A DNA stretch of 64,000 bases, from the NCBI GenBank assembly GCA_046154185.1, contig JBJXGE010000032.1:139163-203162 (forward strand), in the 5' to 3' direction. Below are positions 18,976-27,357 of the stretch, in pieces. This DNA comes from Planctomycetota bacterium (GTDB lineage: Bacteria > Planctomycetota > UBA8108 > UBA1146 > JAJFFE01). Each line of letters begins with the position of its first letter. The first letter of the stretch is position 1. The notes below the pieces were generated by a model, which saw only the letters and a list, made by a program, of their open reading frames with translations, was not told where the DNA came from and made no database searches. The translations under genes were made by a program, and so were the position numbers.

Positions 18976-20496
18976 TTACCGCAAACAGTCGAGCCCGTCG
19001 AGCGTCGGATCCGGTCCGAAGGAATCATCGCCCGGTAGCGGGAGCGGCGGTGCCGACTGAAAGAGCCGCGCGAGCACACTCACGGCATCGGCGAGATTGA
19101 GCGCGCCGTCATCGTTCGAGTCCGCGGCATCCGCGCACGCGACGGCAGCTCCGGCGAGAAACAAATAATCCAGCAGGCGGATCGCGTCGCTGATATCGAC
19201 CGTCCCGTCGAAATTCGCGTCGCCGCGGCGAAAATACGCACGCAAGCACGGCTGGTCAAATGGCGGGGCTAAAGCCGCAACGCGCGGATCCGTGAGGCCG
19301 AAGGTGAGAAAGTCCACGAGTCGGACTTTGTCCTCGTCGAGCAGGTCGAGCACAAACATCTCGGGATCCAAATGATCGTCGAACTCGCCGCCGATGTCGT
19401 AGAACTCCACCACCTCCATGAGCGTGGACTTGCCGCCGTTATGAAAATACGGCGCCGTCAAACCCACGTTACGCAAGCTTGGTGTCTTGAACTTGCCGCG
19501 GTCGTCGAACTGCAATGTCACTTCCATGCGACCCACATCATCAAAGCTCGGTCGCACGCCAATGTTGTGGTAGTCCCCATCGTTGAGCGTCGCCCCGCCA
19601 TGACACCCTGCACACAGATCGATGAAGAACAACATGCCGACGACCTGTTCATCACTCAATGCGTCGGATTGGCCGCCGAGAAAGAGATCGAAAGGCGTTT
19701 GGTCGGGAACCAACGTCCGCTCGTAGCTCGCGATCGCGAACGCGATCCGAGCTGGTGTAATCTCGCTATCACCGAATGCGAGCGCAAACATATCCGGGTA
19801 GTCGAGCCCGGCGGCGCGCGCGGCCGCGAGGTCGACGGGCAAGTCCGAACCAAGTGCGAGAGGTGTGACGGTTGCGAGTTTTTGCTCGACATCGCTCCAC
19901 GTGCGACCGACACAGCTCATTTCGGCAGCCGACAGTATTGGCGTGAGCGCTTGGTTCTCGAGCGCGCCGCCAGCGGGAATCAGGGTTTGACCCGTGATAG
20001 GGTTGATGAAAACCTCTCCGGCTGCGCCGTTCCAAAAAACCTCTGGATCGTACGCGGAGGCGATCACCGAAGACGCGTTGCGGCGCGTCACTTGACGATC
20101 GGGATGGAACACGCCGTCGTCGATCGTCGCCCCGCCGCAATCATGACGCACGATGCCGATGGAGCCGAGCGCATCGTCACCGGTGCCGAACAGCAAGTCC
20201 GCCCCGGGATGGCGCGACAGCGGCGAAAACGCCCGCGCGTCGGCGCCGCCCGCCGTCATCGCGTGGCAGCTTCCGCACGCGACCGTGTCATCCGCGCTCA
20301 ATTGTTCGTCCCAAAACAGGAACTTGCCGAGCAGAGCCTTTTCAGCCGTGAGCGGATTTTCGGGCGGCACGGGCGGCGGCCCGAGCGGAATCGGTGTCAC
20401 TTGCGCAATGAGTCCCGCCGCGCCAAGCGCGAGAAACCCGCAAACCCAAGCCAAGCGCCCGCAGCGAGCCGCTGCGTTGAGTTTTACGCTCTGCAT
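18976..20496 (-). CDS. Di-haem cytochrome c peroxidase (CCP/MauG family) with C-terminal dockerin-type repeat
   Basis: Two haem-binding motifs CGSCH and CAGCHGG. C-terminal GDANFDGTVDISDAIRLLDYLF ... ADSNDDGALNLADAVSVLARLF dockerin type-I-like repeats. N-terminal signal peptide. Confidence 0.8.
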   Translation of the reverse strand: MQSVKLNAAARCGRLAWVCGFLALGAAGLIAQVTPIPLGPPPVPPENPLTAEKALLGKFLFWDEQLSADDTVACGSCHAMTAGGADARAFSPLSRHPGADLLFGTGDDALGSIGIVRHDCGGATIDDGVFHPDRQVTRRNASSVIASAYDPEVFWNGAAGEVFINPITGQTLIPAGGALENQALTPILSAAEMSCVGRTWSDVEQKLATVTPLALGSDLPVDLAAARAAGLDYPDMFALAFGDSEITPARIAFAIASYERTLVPDQTPFDLFLGGQSDALSDEQVVGMLFFIDLCAGCHGGATLNDGDYHNIGVRPSFDDVGRMEVTLQFDDRGKFKTPSLRNVGLTAPYFHNGGKSTLMEVVEFYDIGGEFDDHLDPEMFVLDLLDEDKVRLVDFLTFGLTDPRVAALAPPFDQPCLRAYFRRGDANFDGTVDISDAIRLLDYLFLAGAAVACADAADSNDDGALNLADAVSVLARLFQSAPPLPLPGDDSFGPDPTLDGLDCLR

Positions 20497-20791
20497 TTTT
20501 TTCCTGGCGAGTCAAGTTGAGTGTCGAGTAGTTCGCCCGTCAAACCGAGGAACAAGATATAGGTAGCGAACGCGCGTGGCTAGCGTCGTTGCACGCAGCG
20601 CGCGTAGCTCCGCGTCCGGTGGCGGGCTGCGGAGATTCTTTTTCGCCAGGACCGAGTCTTGCGGCGCGGCGGCATTGAGAAACGACAGCGGCGCCGAAGC
20701 CACTGTTTCGGCGCCGCTGTCGTATTCCGTGCGAACTTCTAGGCCTCAGACCAGCCCGATGCTAAGCATTCGCGTCACGCAGTTGGCGTTG

Positions 20792-21595
20792 CTAAAAGTT
20801 GGAGACACCCATGTCGCGGAGCGCCGTGCGAACCTCCGCGGCGCACCGGCGCGCATCGCGCGCGAGGTCATCGATACGGGCGAACTCCCGTTCGATTTCT
20901 TTGAACAGTTCGAGTGCGGTCAACAACTGCTTTTGCGCCCGGAGGCTGGCGGCTTCGAGCAAGAGTTCGCGGCCGATACTCACCAGATCCGCCTGATCCG
21001 CCTCGACCTTCGCCAACACTTGGCCGGTGAGTTTGTCCTTCTGCTTGGACAAGCGCTCCAGCAGCAGCAACGCTTTCGCGTACTGCTTGTCGTCGATGTG
21101 TTGACGCGCCTCGCGCTGCATCCCGAGGTGCTTTTCCTTGAGTTCGACGCGCTTCTCGTTCAGCGCGAGCGCCGAGCTGATCACTTTCTGATATTTCTTC
21201 GGATCCGTGCAAGTCTGCACTTTGCTCAGGAGTCCGCCCTCGACGTCGAGCAAGAGCAACGCCGGCTTGCTTCGATCGAGTTCGAATCGCTTGACCATGA
21301 GATCACCGGCTTGGGCGAAAGTCGTCTTCACGCATTTGAAATTCAGCGCGACGTCAACCACCGGCTTGTAACGAAAGATCGAGCGCTCGAAGTTGGCGGC
21401 GCAACAATCTTCGTTCATATTCTCGGCATAAACGTAAACGAGAATCGGCCGCAGCGAGCCTTCTTCTTGGTTGATCGCCCGCTCGAGCGTCAATTGAACC
21501 CAGGGCAGCCGATTGTTTTCACCGGGCACAAACGGTTCTTGTCCGGCAGCGCCACCACCGCGAGGGCCGCTACTTGTTCCACCGCCACCGCCCAT
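20792..21595 (-). CDS. Thioredoxin-fold (Thioredoxin_7/DUF255-like) domain followed by a coiled-coil region. The ORF may extend upstream through an in-frame TGA to 21721 (see findings).
   Basis: LRPILVYVYAENMNEDCCAANFERSIF...KPVVDVALNFKCVK resembles the thioredoxin-like fold around the redox-motif position. C-terminal half is helical and K/E/L-rich. Preceded in the same frame by a TGA, and before that a 25-aa signal-peptide-like ORF with a good SD. Confidence 0.55.
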   Translation of the reverse strand: MGGGGGTSSGPRGGGAAGQEPFVPGENNRLPWVQLTLERAINQEEGSLRPILVYVYAENMNEDCCAANFERSIFRYKPVVDVALNFKCVKTTFAQAGDLMVKRFELDRSKPALLLLDVEGGLLSKVQTCTDPKKYQKVISSALALNEKRVELKEKHLGMQREARQHIDDKQYAKALLLLERLSKQKDKLTGQVLAKVEADQADLVSIGRELLLEAASLRAQKQLLTALELFKEIEREFARIDDLARDARRCAAEVRTALRDMGVSNF

Positions 21596-22216
21596 GCGCC
21601 CGCCACCGCCTGCAGCTCCACCGGAGCCGCAACCGCCCGCGCCTCACTGACCATAAAGTGGATCAGTCGCGAGCGCACAAAGCACCAAGCTGATCCCCAA
21701 GAACTCCCGAATCCGAACCATGCTGATCCCCTTCCGCTGGAAGTCGCAAGGCGTCGAGGGCGCCGCCACATTGAGCAGTTTTTTCATCGCCTCAATCGGT
21801 ATCGGTCGCCGAGGCACGAAATCGTTGTTCGAACAGTACGGCCGATCGCTGCCGACTGTGAGAATTATTTCCCGGGCGAACGGCGGCGCGACGATAGGGC
21901 AAAGATTAGCACCGCGCAAGCTTGCGGCACCGCGCCGCGCTGGCGCCAGGACTATTGATCTCGTCACTAATCCACTCAGCACCCGCGAGTTAGAGCGGAT
22001 AAACGTCGGGTCTGGCGGACCACGTGGCAACCGGAACGATTGCCCCGAAACGTGGTCCAAGAGGGCTTCTAAACGGCCGTTTCTCGACGGGCGCGAACCT
22101 TGCCATGTAAGGAGCGAGAGTCTTTATCGGACCGGTCGCTACGCCGAACAGATTGAGTTCGGTTTCGAGAAGCAAGGAATGCGATGATCCCTCGAACAGT
22201 CAAACCACTCGGCTCC

Positions 22217-22603
22217 ATGCCGCAACACTCACAGAAATCGACACCTGGTTTCACGCTGCTCGAGGTCACGATCGGGATGTCCATCCTGTCGGTGCTCACC
22301 TTGTCGACGTTGCTAACTTTGATTCCGTTGAGTCAACAGAACCGCCTCAGTCGCGAAGCGGAGACGGCGGTTGCCGAAGTGCGTAACGTCCTGGAGAAAA
22401 TCCAATCCGTGCCATTCTCCGATGTCGTCGCGCTTTATCCGGATGGCACGACGATCGCAATTCCCGGCGTCTCAAATGGACAAATCACCATCAACTATGC
22501 GAACCCGGCTGCCGACCCGCTCGAGATCCAGCTCAATCTCAGTTGGGACAGCCAGGATCACGGGCTCATCGGTCGGTCGTTTTTCGCCGTGCGCACGGAG
22601 TAA
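22217..22603 (+). CDS. Prepilin-type N-terminal cleavage/methylation domain protein (pseudopilin)
   Basis: GFTLLEVTIGMSILSVL class-III signal peptide motif. Confidence 0.75.
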   Translation: MPQHSQKSTPGFTLLEVTIGMSILSVLTLSTLLTLIPLSQQNRLSREAETAVAEVRNVLEKIQSVPFSDVVALYPDGTTIAIPGVSNGQITINYANPAADPLEIQLNLSWDSQDHGLIGRSFFAVRTE

Positions 22604-22612
22604 CAAGGAACC

Positions 22613-23191
22613 ATGAACAAGCAACAACCTGGCGGATTCACGCTCATAGAGCTCACCATTTCCGCCGCGCTCATGTCGCTGCTCGCCGCGGTCGCGCTCA
22701 ACATCGGTATGGAGTCGACTCGCATGGTCGCATTCGCCGATGCGGACACGCAGGTGCAAGCAGAAGCGAATCGCGGCTTCCGCCGCATTTCGGAAGTGTT
22801 GCGCAAAACCGGGTGGAACACCGAGCCGTTGACGGCAACGACCTATCCGGAGATTCCGGCCGGCAACACGGAACTGCGCATGCGAATGTTGGCTGATCTC
22901 GATGGCAACGGCTTTCCGTTCGACGAAGACACGGGCGACCTTGAATGGGACAACACAGTGTTCAGCGTGCGCTTCGACGCCGTGAACCAGACGGTGGCCA
23001 TTTACGATCCATTCGGCAACCAAGTCATGCTGATCGCGCGCCACGTCACAGCGTTCAGCGCGTCGACGTACCTGCAAGACCCGACTCTCAACTTCAACGA
23101 GATACGCTTACTAGTACAGGTTCAGCAAAACGGACCGCGAGGCGAATTGCTGAGCTACACGGCCAGTGGCAGCGTGCACATGCGCAACTGA
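22613..23191 (+). CDS. Prepilin-type N-terminal cleavage/methylation domain protein (pseudopilin)
   Basis: GGFTLIELTISAALMSLLAAVA class-III signal peptide motif. Lies 9 nt after the previous gene. Confidence 0.75.
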   Translation: MNKQQPGGFTLIELTISAALMSLLAAVALNIGMESTRMVAFADADTQVQAEANRGFRRISEVLRKTGWNTEPLTATTYPEIPAGNTELRMRMLADLDGNGFPFDEDTGDLEWDNTVFSVRFDAVNQTVAIYDPFGNQVMLIARHVTAFSASTYLQDPTLNFNEIRLLVQVQQNGPRGELLSYTASGSVHMRN

Positions 23192-23230
23192 GCAAGTTGC
23201 GCTGCCCGCTACGCGCCACTGCGTCGAGTC

Positions 23231-24829
23231 ATGGAAAGGTCGGTCAACATGCTCACGGCCAATCGCCGCGGGAGCTCTGAACGCGGCACGATTCTCATCT
23301 TGGTCATCGTGCTGGTGCTGACAATCAGTCTGATTGTCGCTGGCGCGGTTTCGACATCGTTCCATCAAGGCCGCAATACGCAGTACTCGCTCGCCCAAAC
23401 GAGCGCGCTATCGCTCGCCGAGAGCGTGACGGAAACTGCGCAGAAAAACATGCTGACCCAAGTGGCGAACTACGAGACGCCCACGCTCTCTGGCTCGCTC
23501 ACGATGGGAGGCACGCCCTATGACTACACGATTGAGCCGGTCGGCGTGCAGATTCAGCGCGCCGATGTCGACGGTGTGACTATGACGATCCAGCCGTACC
23601 GCATTCGCTCGTCGGTCGAAGTCGATCGCGGCGGCGCCACCGTGCATCGCATCGTCGAGCTCACGATGACACCCATCTTCCAATACATGATCTTCTATCG
23701 CGACGACCTCGAGATCCTGCCCGGCCCGAGCATGACGCTCGGTGGACGCGTGCACTCTAACGGCAGTATCTACGTCGGCTGCGGCAACACGCTCACCGTC
23801 AACAGCGACTACTTTCGCTGTACGGGCAAGATCCTGCGAGAGCGTAAGAATGACGGCAGCGCCACGGGCGGCACCGTCAACATCAAGGAATATCAAGACA
23901 CGAGCTACACCAACATGACGGCGTCGATGGACGCCGACAACCCGGATTGGACGAATCTCGCGCTCAATACTTGGCACGGCACCGTGATGGACGGCAGTCA
24001 TGCCGTCAATGAGGTCGCGGCCCCGTCGATCGCCAGCATCAAGGCGTTTCCTTCGCCCGGTGTGAAGGGCTACTTCCACGAGCACGCGGACCTCGTGGTG
24101 GTGGACGGCGTCGCATACGACCGCACTGGCACGGTTCTCACGCTGCCGGCGGGAACCGTGACCCAGCGCACCATGTACGATGGTCGCGAAAATCGCAACG
24201 TGACCGTCAGCGAGATCAACGTCGGTCTGCTCAACAGCTCCGGCGCGTTTCCGGCGAATGGATTGATCTACGCCTATCGCACGGACGCGTCGGCTGCGCA
24301 GCCGAACGGCATTCGGTTGACGAACGCGACCGAAATCCTCGCGCCGATGACGGTCGTGAGCGAAGACCCGGTCTACGTGCACGGAAACTTCAACACGGTG
24401 AACAAGAAGGGCGCTGCTGTCATCGCGGATGCCGTCAACTTGTTGTCACAAAACTGGAATGACACCAAGACGGCGACGAGCGGTCTGCCGAGCGCCGCGC
24501 CGACGACTTACAACCTCGCGATGGTGACCGGAATTGTCCCGACTCCGGATGGCGGCGGCTCGTACTCCGGCGGCTTCGAAAACCTGCCGCGTTTCCATGA
24601 GAACTGGTCGGGAGTCTCCTCGACCATCAATGGCGCGTTCATCAACTTGTTCGACAGCGAGATCGGCCGCGCACCGTGGATGTACGGCGGCCGCGCCTAC
24701 ACCGCGCCCATCCGCAACTGGGCCTTCGACCCCATGCTGCAAGACATCGACAATATGCCGCCTTTCACACCGAACGCGGTTTACTTCCGCCGCGTGGTGT
24801 GGGACGACGCCGTGCCGCTGCCGTTCTAA
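23231..24829 (+). CDS. Large PilX-N-like / minor pseudopilin-like protein with a beta-rich C-terminal domain
   Basis: RRGSSERGTILILVIVLVLTISLIVAGAV N-terminus resembles the PilX/GspK N-terminal domain. Third gene of the pseudopilin cluster. Confidence 0.6.
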   Translation: MERSVNMLTANRRGSSERGTILILVIVLVLTISLIVAGAVSTSFHQGRNTQYSLAQTSALSLAESVTETAQKNMLTQVANYETPTLSGSLTMGGTPYDYTIEPVGVQIQRADVDGVTMTIQPYRIRSSVEVDRGGATVHRIVELTMTPIFQYMIFYRDDLEILPGPSMTLGGRVHSNGSIYVGCGNTLTVNSDYFRCTGKILRERKNDGSATGGTVNIKEYQDTSYTNMTASMDADNPDWTNLALNTWHGTVMDGSHAVNEVAAPSIASIKAFPSPGVKGYFHEHADLVVVDGVAYDRTGTVLTLPAGTVTQRTMYDGRENRNVTVSEINVGLLNSSGAFPANGLIYAYRTDASAAQPNGIRLTNATEILAPMTVVSEDPVYVHGNFNTVNKKGAAVIADAVNLLSQNWNDTKTATSGLPSAAPTTYNLAMVTGIVPTPDGGGSYSGGFENLPRFHENWSGVSSTINGAFINLFDSEIGRAPWMYGGRAYTAPIRNWAFDPMLQDIDNMPPFTPNAVYFRRVVWDDAVPLPF

Positions 24830-24867
24830 TCGCGCTCGGCACGCCAGCGATCGAGTCGACATGAAAA

Positions 24868-24911
24868 GCCCCTGCGATCCGAGTCTTGAGATCGCAGGGG
24901 CAGCTTTGTTT
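24868..24911 (+). terminator. Strong hairpin terminator after the pseudopilin operon. Probably bidirectional, also serving the minus-strand small gene ending at 24953.
   Basis: Perfect 12-bp stem gcccctgcgatc / gatcgcaggggc with a 10-nt loop, followed by agctttgttt. On the minus strand the hairpin is followed by ttttcat. Confidence 0.6.
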
Positions 24912-24952
24912 GAGTGAGCTTGCGGCCTGCGTCGGCGGCGCGAGCACCGCGG

Positions 24953-25177
24953 CTATTTCGCGTTGTCGGTCGACGCATCATCGACAAAAGTCCAGCCGCA
25001 GGCTTTGCACTCGATCGCGTCCGTGGGTATCTCACCGCCGCAACCCAAGCACTGTTGCTCGGTCGCGTCGAGGCGAGCCTCGAGGATTTTTTTCCGCGCC
25101 CGTAACGTCTCGGGCGCCGCACCAAGACCCAGCAATTCGCAAATTGATTCCACGACAAAGTCAATGCCGTGCCACAT
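24953..25177 (-). CDS. Small zinc-ribbon-like protein (hypothetical)
   Basis: 74-aa ORF with CLGCGG...CKACG Cys pairs. No further support. Confidence 0.3.
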   Translation of the reverse strand: MWHGIDFVVESICELLGLGAAPETLRARKKILEARLDATEQQCLGCGGEIPTDAIECKACGWTFVDDASTDNAK

Positions 25178-25269
25178 TGTGATTGCCTCAATTACCGAGT
25201 TGGGCGTCAGGTATCTGAACTCGAAAATTCGCTCTCACCGTCGTAGGAACTGACAACCGCGCGTCGTTC

Positions 25270-26640
25270 TCACAGCACGCCGCGCCGCCAGTCGCCCCAC
25301 ATCGCGACCGTCATGCCGGGCGTCTGCAGGTTAAAGAAGAGCGTCTCACCGTCGGGACTGAAGTTGACGCCGCAAAACTCGGTGTTGAATTTCAGATTGC
25401 GCACCAAGTCGAAAATTTCACCGGTGGCGGTGAGACCGCGCATGTACTGAACATTTAGGCAGTCCTCGCACAACACTAACGCGCGGCGCGGACTCACGCA
25501 CAAGTTGTCGGGGTTCTGGAGCACCGCGGCCGAACGCGATTCGAAGACCAGCGTGAGTTCACCGTGATCGGCGCCTCGTGGCGTGTAGCGCCAAACCTGA
25601 CCGAGTTTCGCGTCGCCGCCGTCGGTAGCGGTCACGAAGATCGATCCATCGCCGTACCAACAGCCTTCGAGACGCGAAAAGGTTGCGGCGCCGAGCGCCT
25701 TGCCCTGTTCATAGACGGCCTGCGGTCGAAGTTCCGCCGGGACTGGATCAGGATCCGCGATCGGCACCCAATGACAATTTCTCACGACTCCCGCGACTTG
25801 GCCGGTACGCGCGTCGAATCCCGGATGATCCGTCACCGCCAACATCTCTAGTTGACCACCCGCGTGGAGATCTTGCGGTTGCCGCGGAATGAATCGATAG
25901 AGTCCCGCGGTCGGCCAATCCTCTGTCTCGTAGACGATGCCCGTCGCTGGATCGATCGCAATCGCCTCATGAACGAAGCGGCCCATCGCGCGGATGGGCT
26001 CAGCGCGGCGCACGTCATCAGCCCGCGCCGGCACCTCGAAACAGTAACCGTGTTCGCGTTCGAACCCGCCGTGTTCAGCCCCCGTCGCATCCGTGAAGCG
26101 CGCGACACCGTCGGTGCTCTCTTCGCAACTGATCCAAGCCCCCCACGGCGTCGGACCGCCCGCGCAGTTTTTCGTGGTGCCGCTCAAACTGATCCATGCG
26201 CGTTCGAGTCGGCGCAAGGTCGGGTCGATCACCAAGGTCGTCGTGCCACCGGCCGCGCTCGGGTCAAAAGAGTGCGCAGGCGCTGCCACGCAAACTCCTC
26301 GCGGCGAGACCTCGTGATTGCGAACAATGCGAATCTTGCCGTCGACGAGGAACGACGCCATTCCGTCGTGCGCCGGCGGAGTCAGCCGGCCGTCCGCGAG
26401 CGGGTCACCCACGCGCCCGAAAATGCGATACTTGAAACCGGTCGGCATGGCGAAGGCCAGCTCGCCGGTATCCTCTTCGGGCGTCGGAACGAGCGGGCCG
26501 TACCCGCCGATACAGCGCGCGGCGGGCACGTCACTCCCGATTGCAAATGCGCGACCGGCGGATCGACGGCCAAGTTGGCCGAGTCCGTACGCGCTGGCCA
26601 AGATTCCGAGCTTGAGGAACTCCCGGCGTCCGATCGTCAT
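25270..26640 (-). CDS. Tat-secreted PhoX/DUF839 family protein (putative phosphatase)
   Basis: Twin-arginine signal MTIGRREFLKLGILASAYG. NCAGGPTPWGAWISCEE and FSPDGETLFFNLQ motifs typical of the PhoX/DUF839 beta-propeller family. The ORF-track extension up to 27105 is a translation of the tandem DNA repeats and is not counted. Confidence 0.75.
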   Translation of the reverse strand: MTIGRREFLKLGILASAYGLGQLGRRSAGRAFAIGSDVPAARCIGGYGPLVPTPEEDTGELAFAMPTGFKYRIFGRVGDPLADGRLTPPAHDGMASFLVDGKIRIVRNHEVSPRGVCVAAPAHSFDPSAAGGTTTLVIDPTLRRLERAWISLSGTTKNCAGGPTPWGAWISCEESTDGVARFTDATGAEHGGFEREHGYCFEVPARADDVRRAEPIRAMGRFVHEAIAIDPATGIVYETEDWPTAGLYRFIPRQPQDLHAGGQLEMLAVTDHPGFDARTGQVAGVVRNCHWVPIADPDPVPAELRPQAVYEQGKALGAATFSRLEGCWYGDGSIFVTATDGGDAKLGQVWRYTPRGADHGELTLVFESRSAAVLQNPDNLCVSPRRALVLCEDCLNVQYMRGLTATGEIFDLVRNLKFNTEFCGVNFSPDGETLFFNLQTPGMTVAMWGDWRRGVL

Positions 26641-26780
26641 CGTGAGGCGCCTCTCGCGTCTGAAGTCACATTTACGACTAGAGCTTACTTCGGCAGGGAG
26701 TCGCGCATCGACGAATAATTTCGGGCGCATTTTGTGTGAAGAAACGGCGTGAAGCGAGCGAAGGCAACGAACGGGCGGCG

Positions 26781-26941
26781 TGAGCCGTTTCGGGTCCCTC
26801 CGAAACGATAGGGAAGTTCCGCTGAAGCCACTCGTACGCCACTCACCTCCGGAGCGGGCGGGACGCCCGCGCTCGCATCGGAGCACGCATCGCCGGAGGC
26901 GCGATCGTGTGGGGTGAGCCGTTTCGGGTCCTCCCGAAACG
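26781..26941. repeat. Two copies (26781-26807 and 26914-26941) of a ~30-nt element gtgagccgtttcgggtcc(c)tcccgaaacg, each forming an 8-9 bp hairpin
   Basis: Direct reading: cgtttcgg(g)/(c)ccgaaacg stems with tccct/tcct loops. Copies are ~138 nt apart within a 717-nt intergenic region. Confidence 0.6.
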
Positions 26942-26945
26942 GCAT

Positions 26946-27062
26946 GGGGTGCTGAGGACAGCACCCCAAAAAAAACGGTGCTGAGGACAGCACCCCAAAA
27001 AAAACGGTGCTGCGGACTGCACCCAAAAAAAAACGGTACTGCGGACAGCACCCCAAAAAAAG
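26946..27062 (-). terminator. Tandem array of four ~29-nt units (ggtgctgaggacagcacccc + A8-9 on the plus strand). On the minus strand each is a GC hairpin followed by T8-9, i.e. three to four consecutive rho-independent terminators.
   Basis: Units at 26946-26976, 26977-27005, 27006-27034 and 27035-27062. Stem GGTGCTG/CAGCACC, loop AGGA; copies 3 and 4 carry point differences. Lies downstream of the 27358 gene end and upstream of the PhoX-like gene, both on the minus strand. Confidence 0.6.
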
Positions 27063-27357
27063 ATGGACCGGGAGTGTAGGCTCGAAAACTCGCCGGTCCA
27101 TCCAACCAAATGAAAGCCGCTCAGCACATGGCAATGCACGTGCCATCGGCAAAAGACGGGTAGGCATGGACCCTCGGCGATTCGATACGTCGCGCGGCAA
27201 ACAGCACTTCAGCATTCACTTAGCGACGGTGCGCGGCGACAGAACTATTTTCATGTCGGACGAATTCTCTGCGCGACGAAGGAAAGCCGGGCAATTCGCA
27301 GCCGCCACGTCGCTCAAGCTGTCGGAAAGTCCATCGCGGTCGGCGCCGCGGTCCGGC

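Noticed and set aside
19372-20520. 382-aa plus-strand ORF antisense to the cytochrome c peroxidase gene
   Set aside because: Shadow ORF typical of GC-rich DNA. The haem-binding CxxCH motifs are on the minus strand.
21644-21646. TGA reassigned to glycine or tryptophan (alternative genetic code) to explain the in-frame TGAs
   Set aside because: The genome is high-GC and all other genes in the window terminate normally, many with TGA. Known TGA-to-Gly lineages are low-GC. Context-dependent Sec recoding or gene disruption is more plausible.
21720-22187. 155-aa plus-strand ORF in the intergenic region upstream of the pseudopilin genes
   Set aside because: No start context, and the composition is not protein-like (Arg/Gly-rich). 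The region is better treated as regulatory, with palindrome 21916-21927.
26946-27062. Possibility that the tandem repeats are a CRISPR array
   Set aside because: The units abut directly with no spacers, each is only ~29 nt including its A/T tract, and no cas genes are nearby. They are better explained as serial terminators or a MITE-like expansion.
26640-27105. N-terminal 155 codons of the 611-aa ORF 25270-27105, which show the repeated peptide FFGVLSSAPFF
   Set aside because: This is the translation of the tandem DNA hairpin repeats and of GC-rich intergenic sequence. The real gene starts at the Tat-signal Met (26640), which has its own start context.
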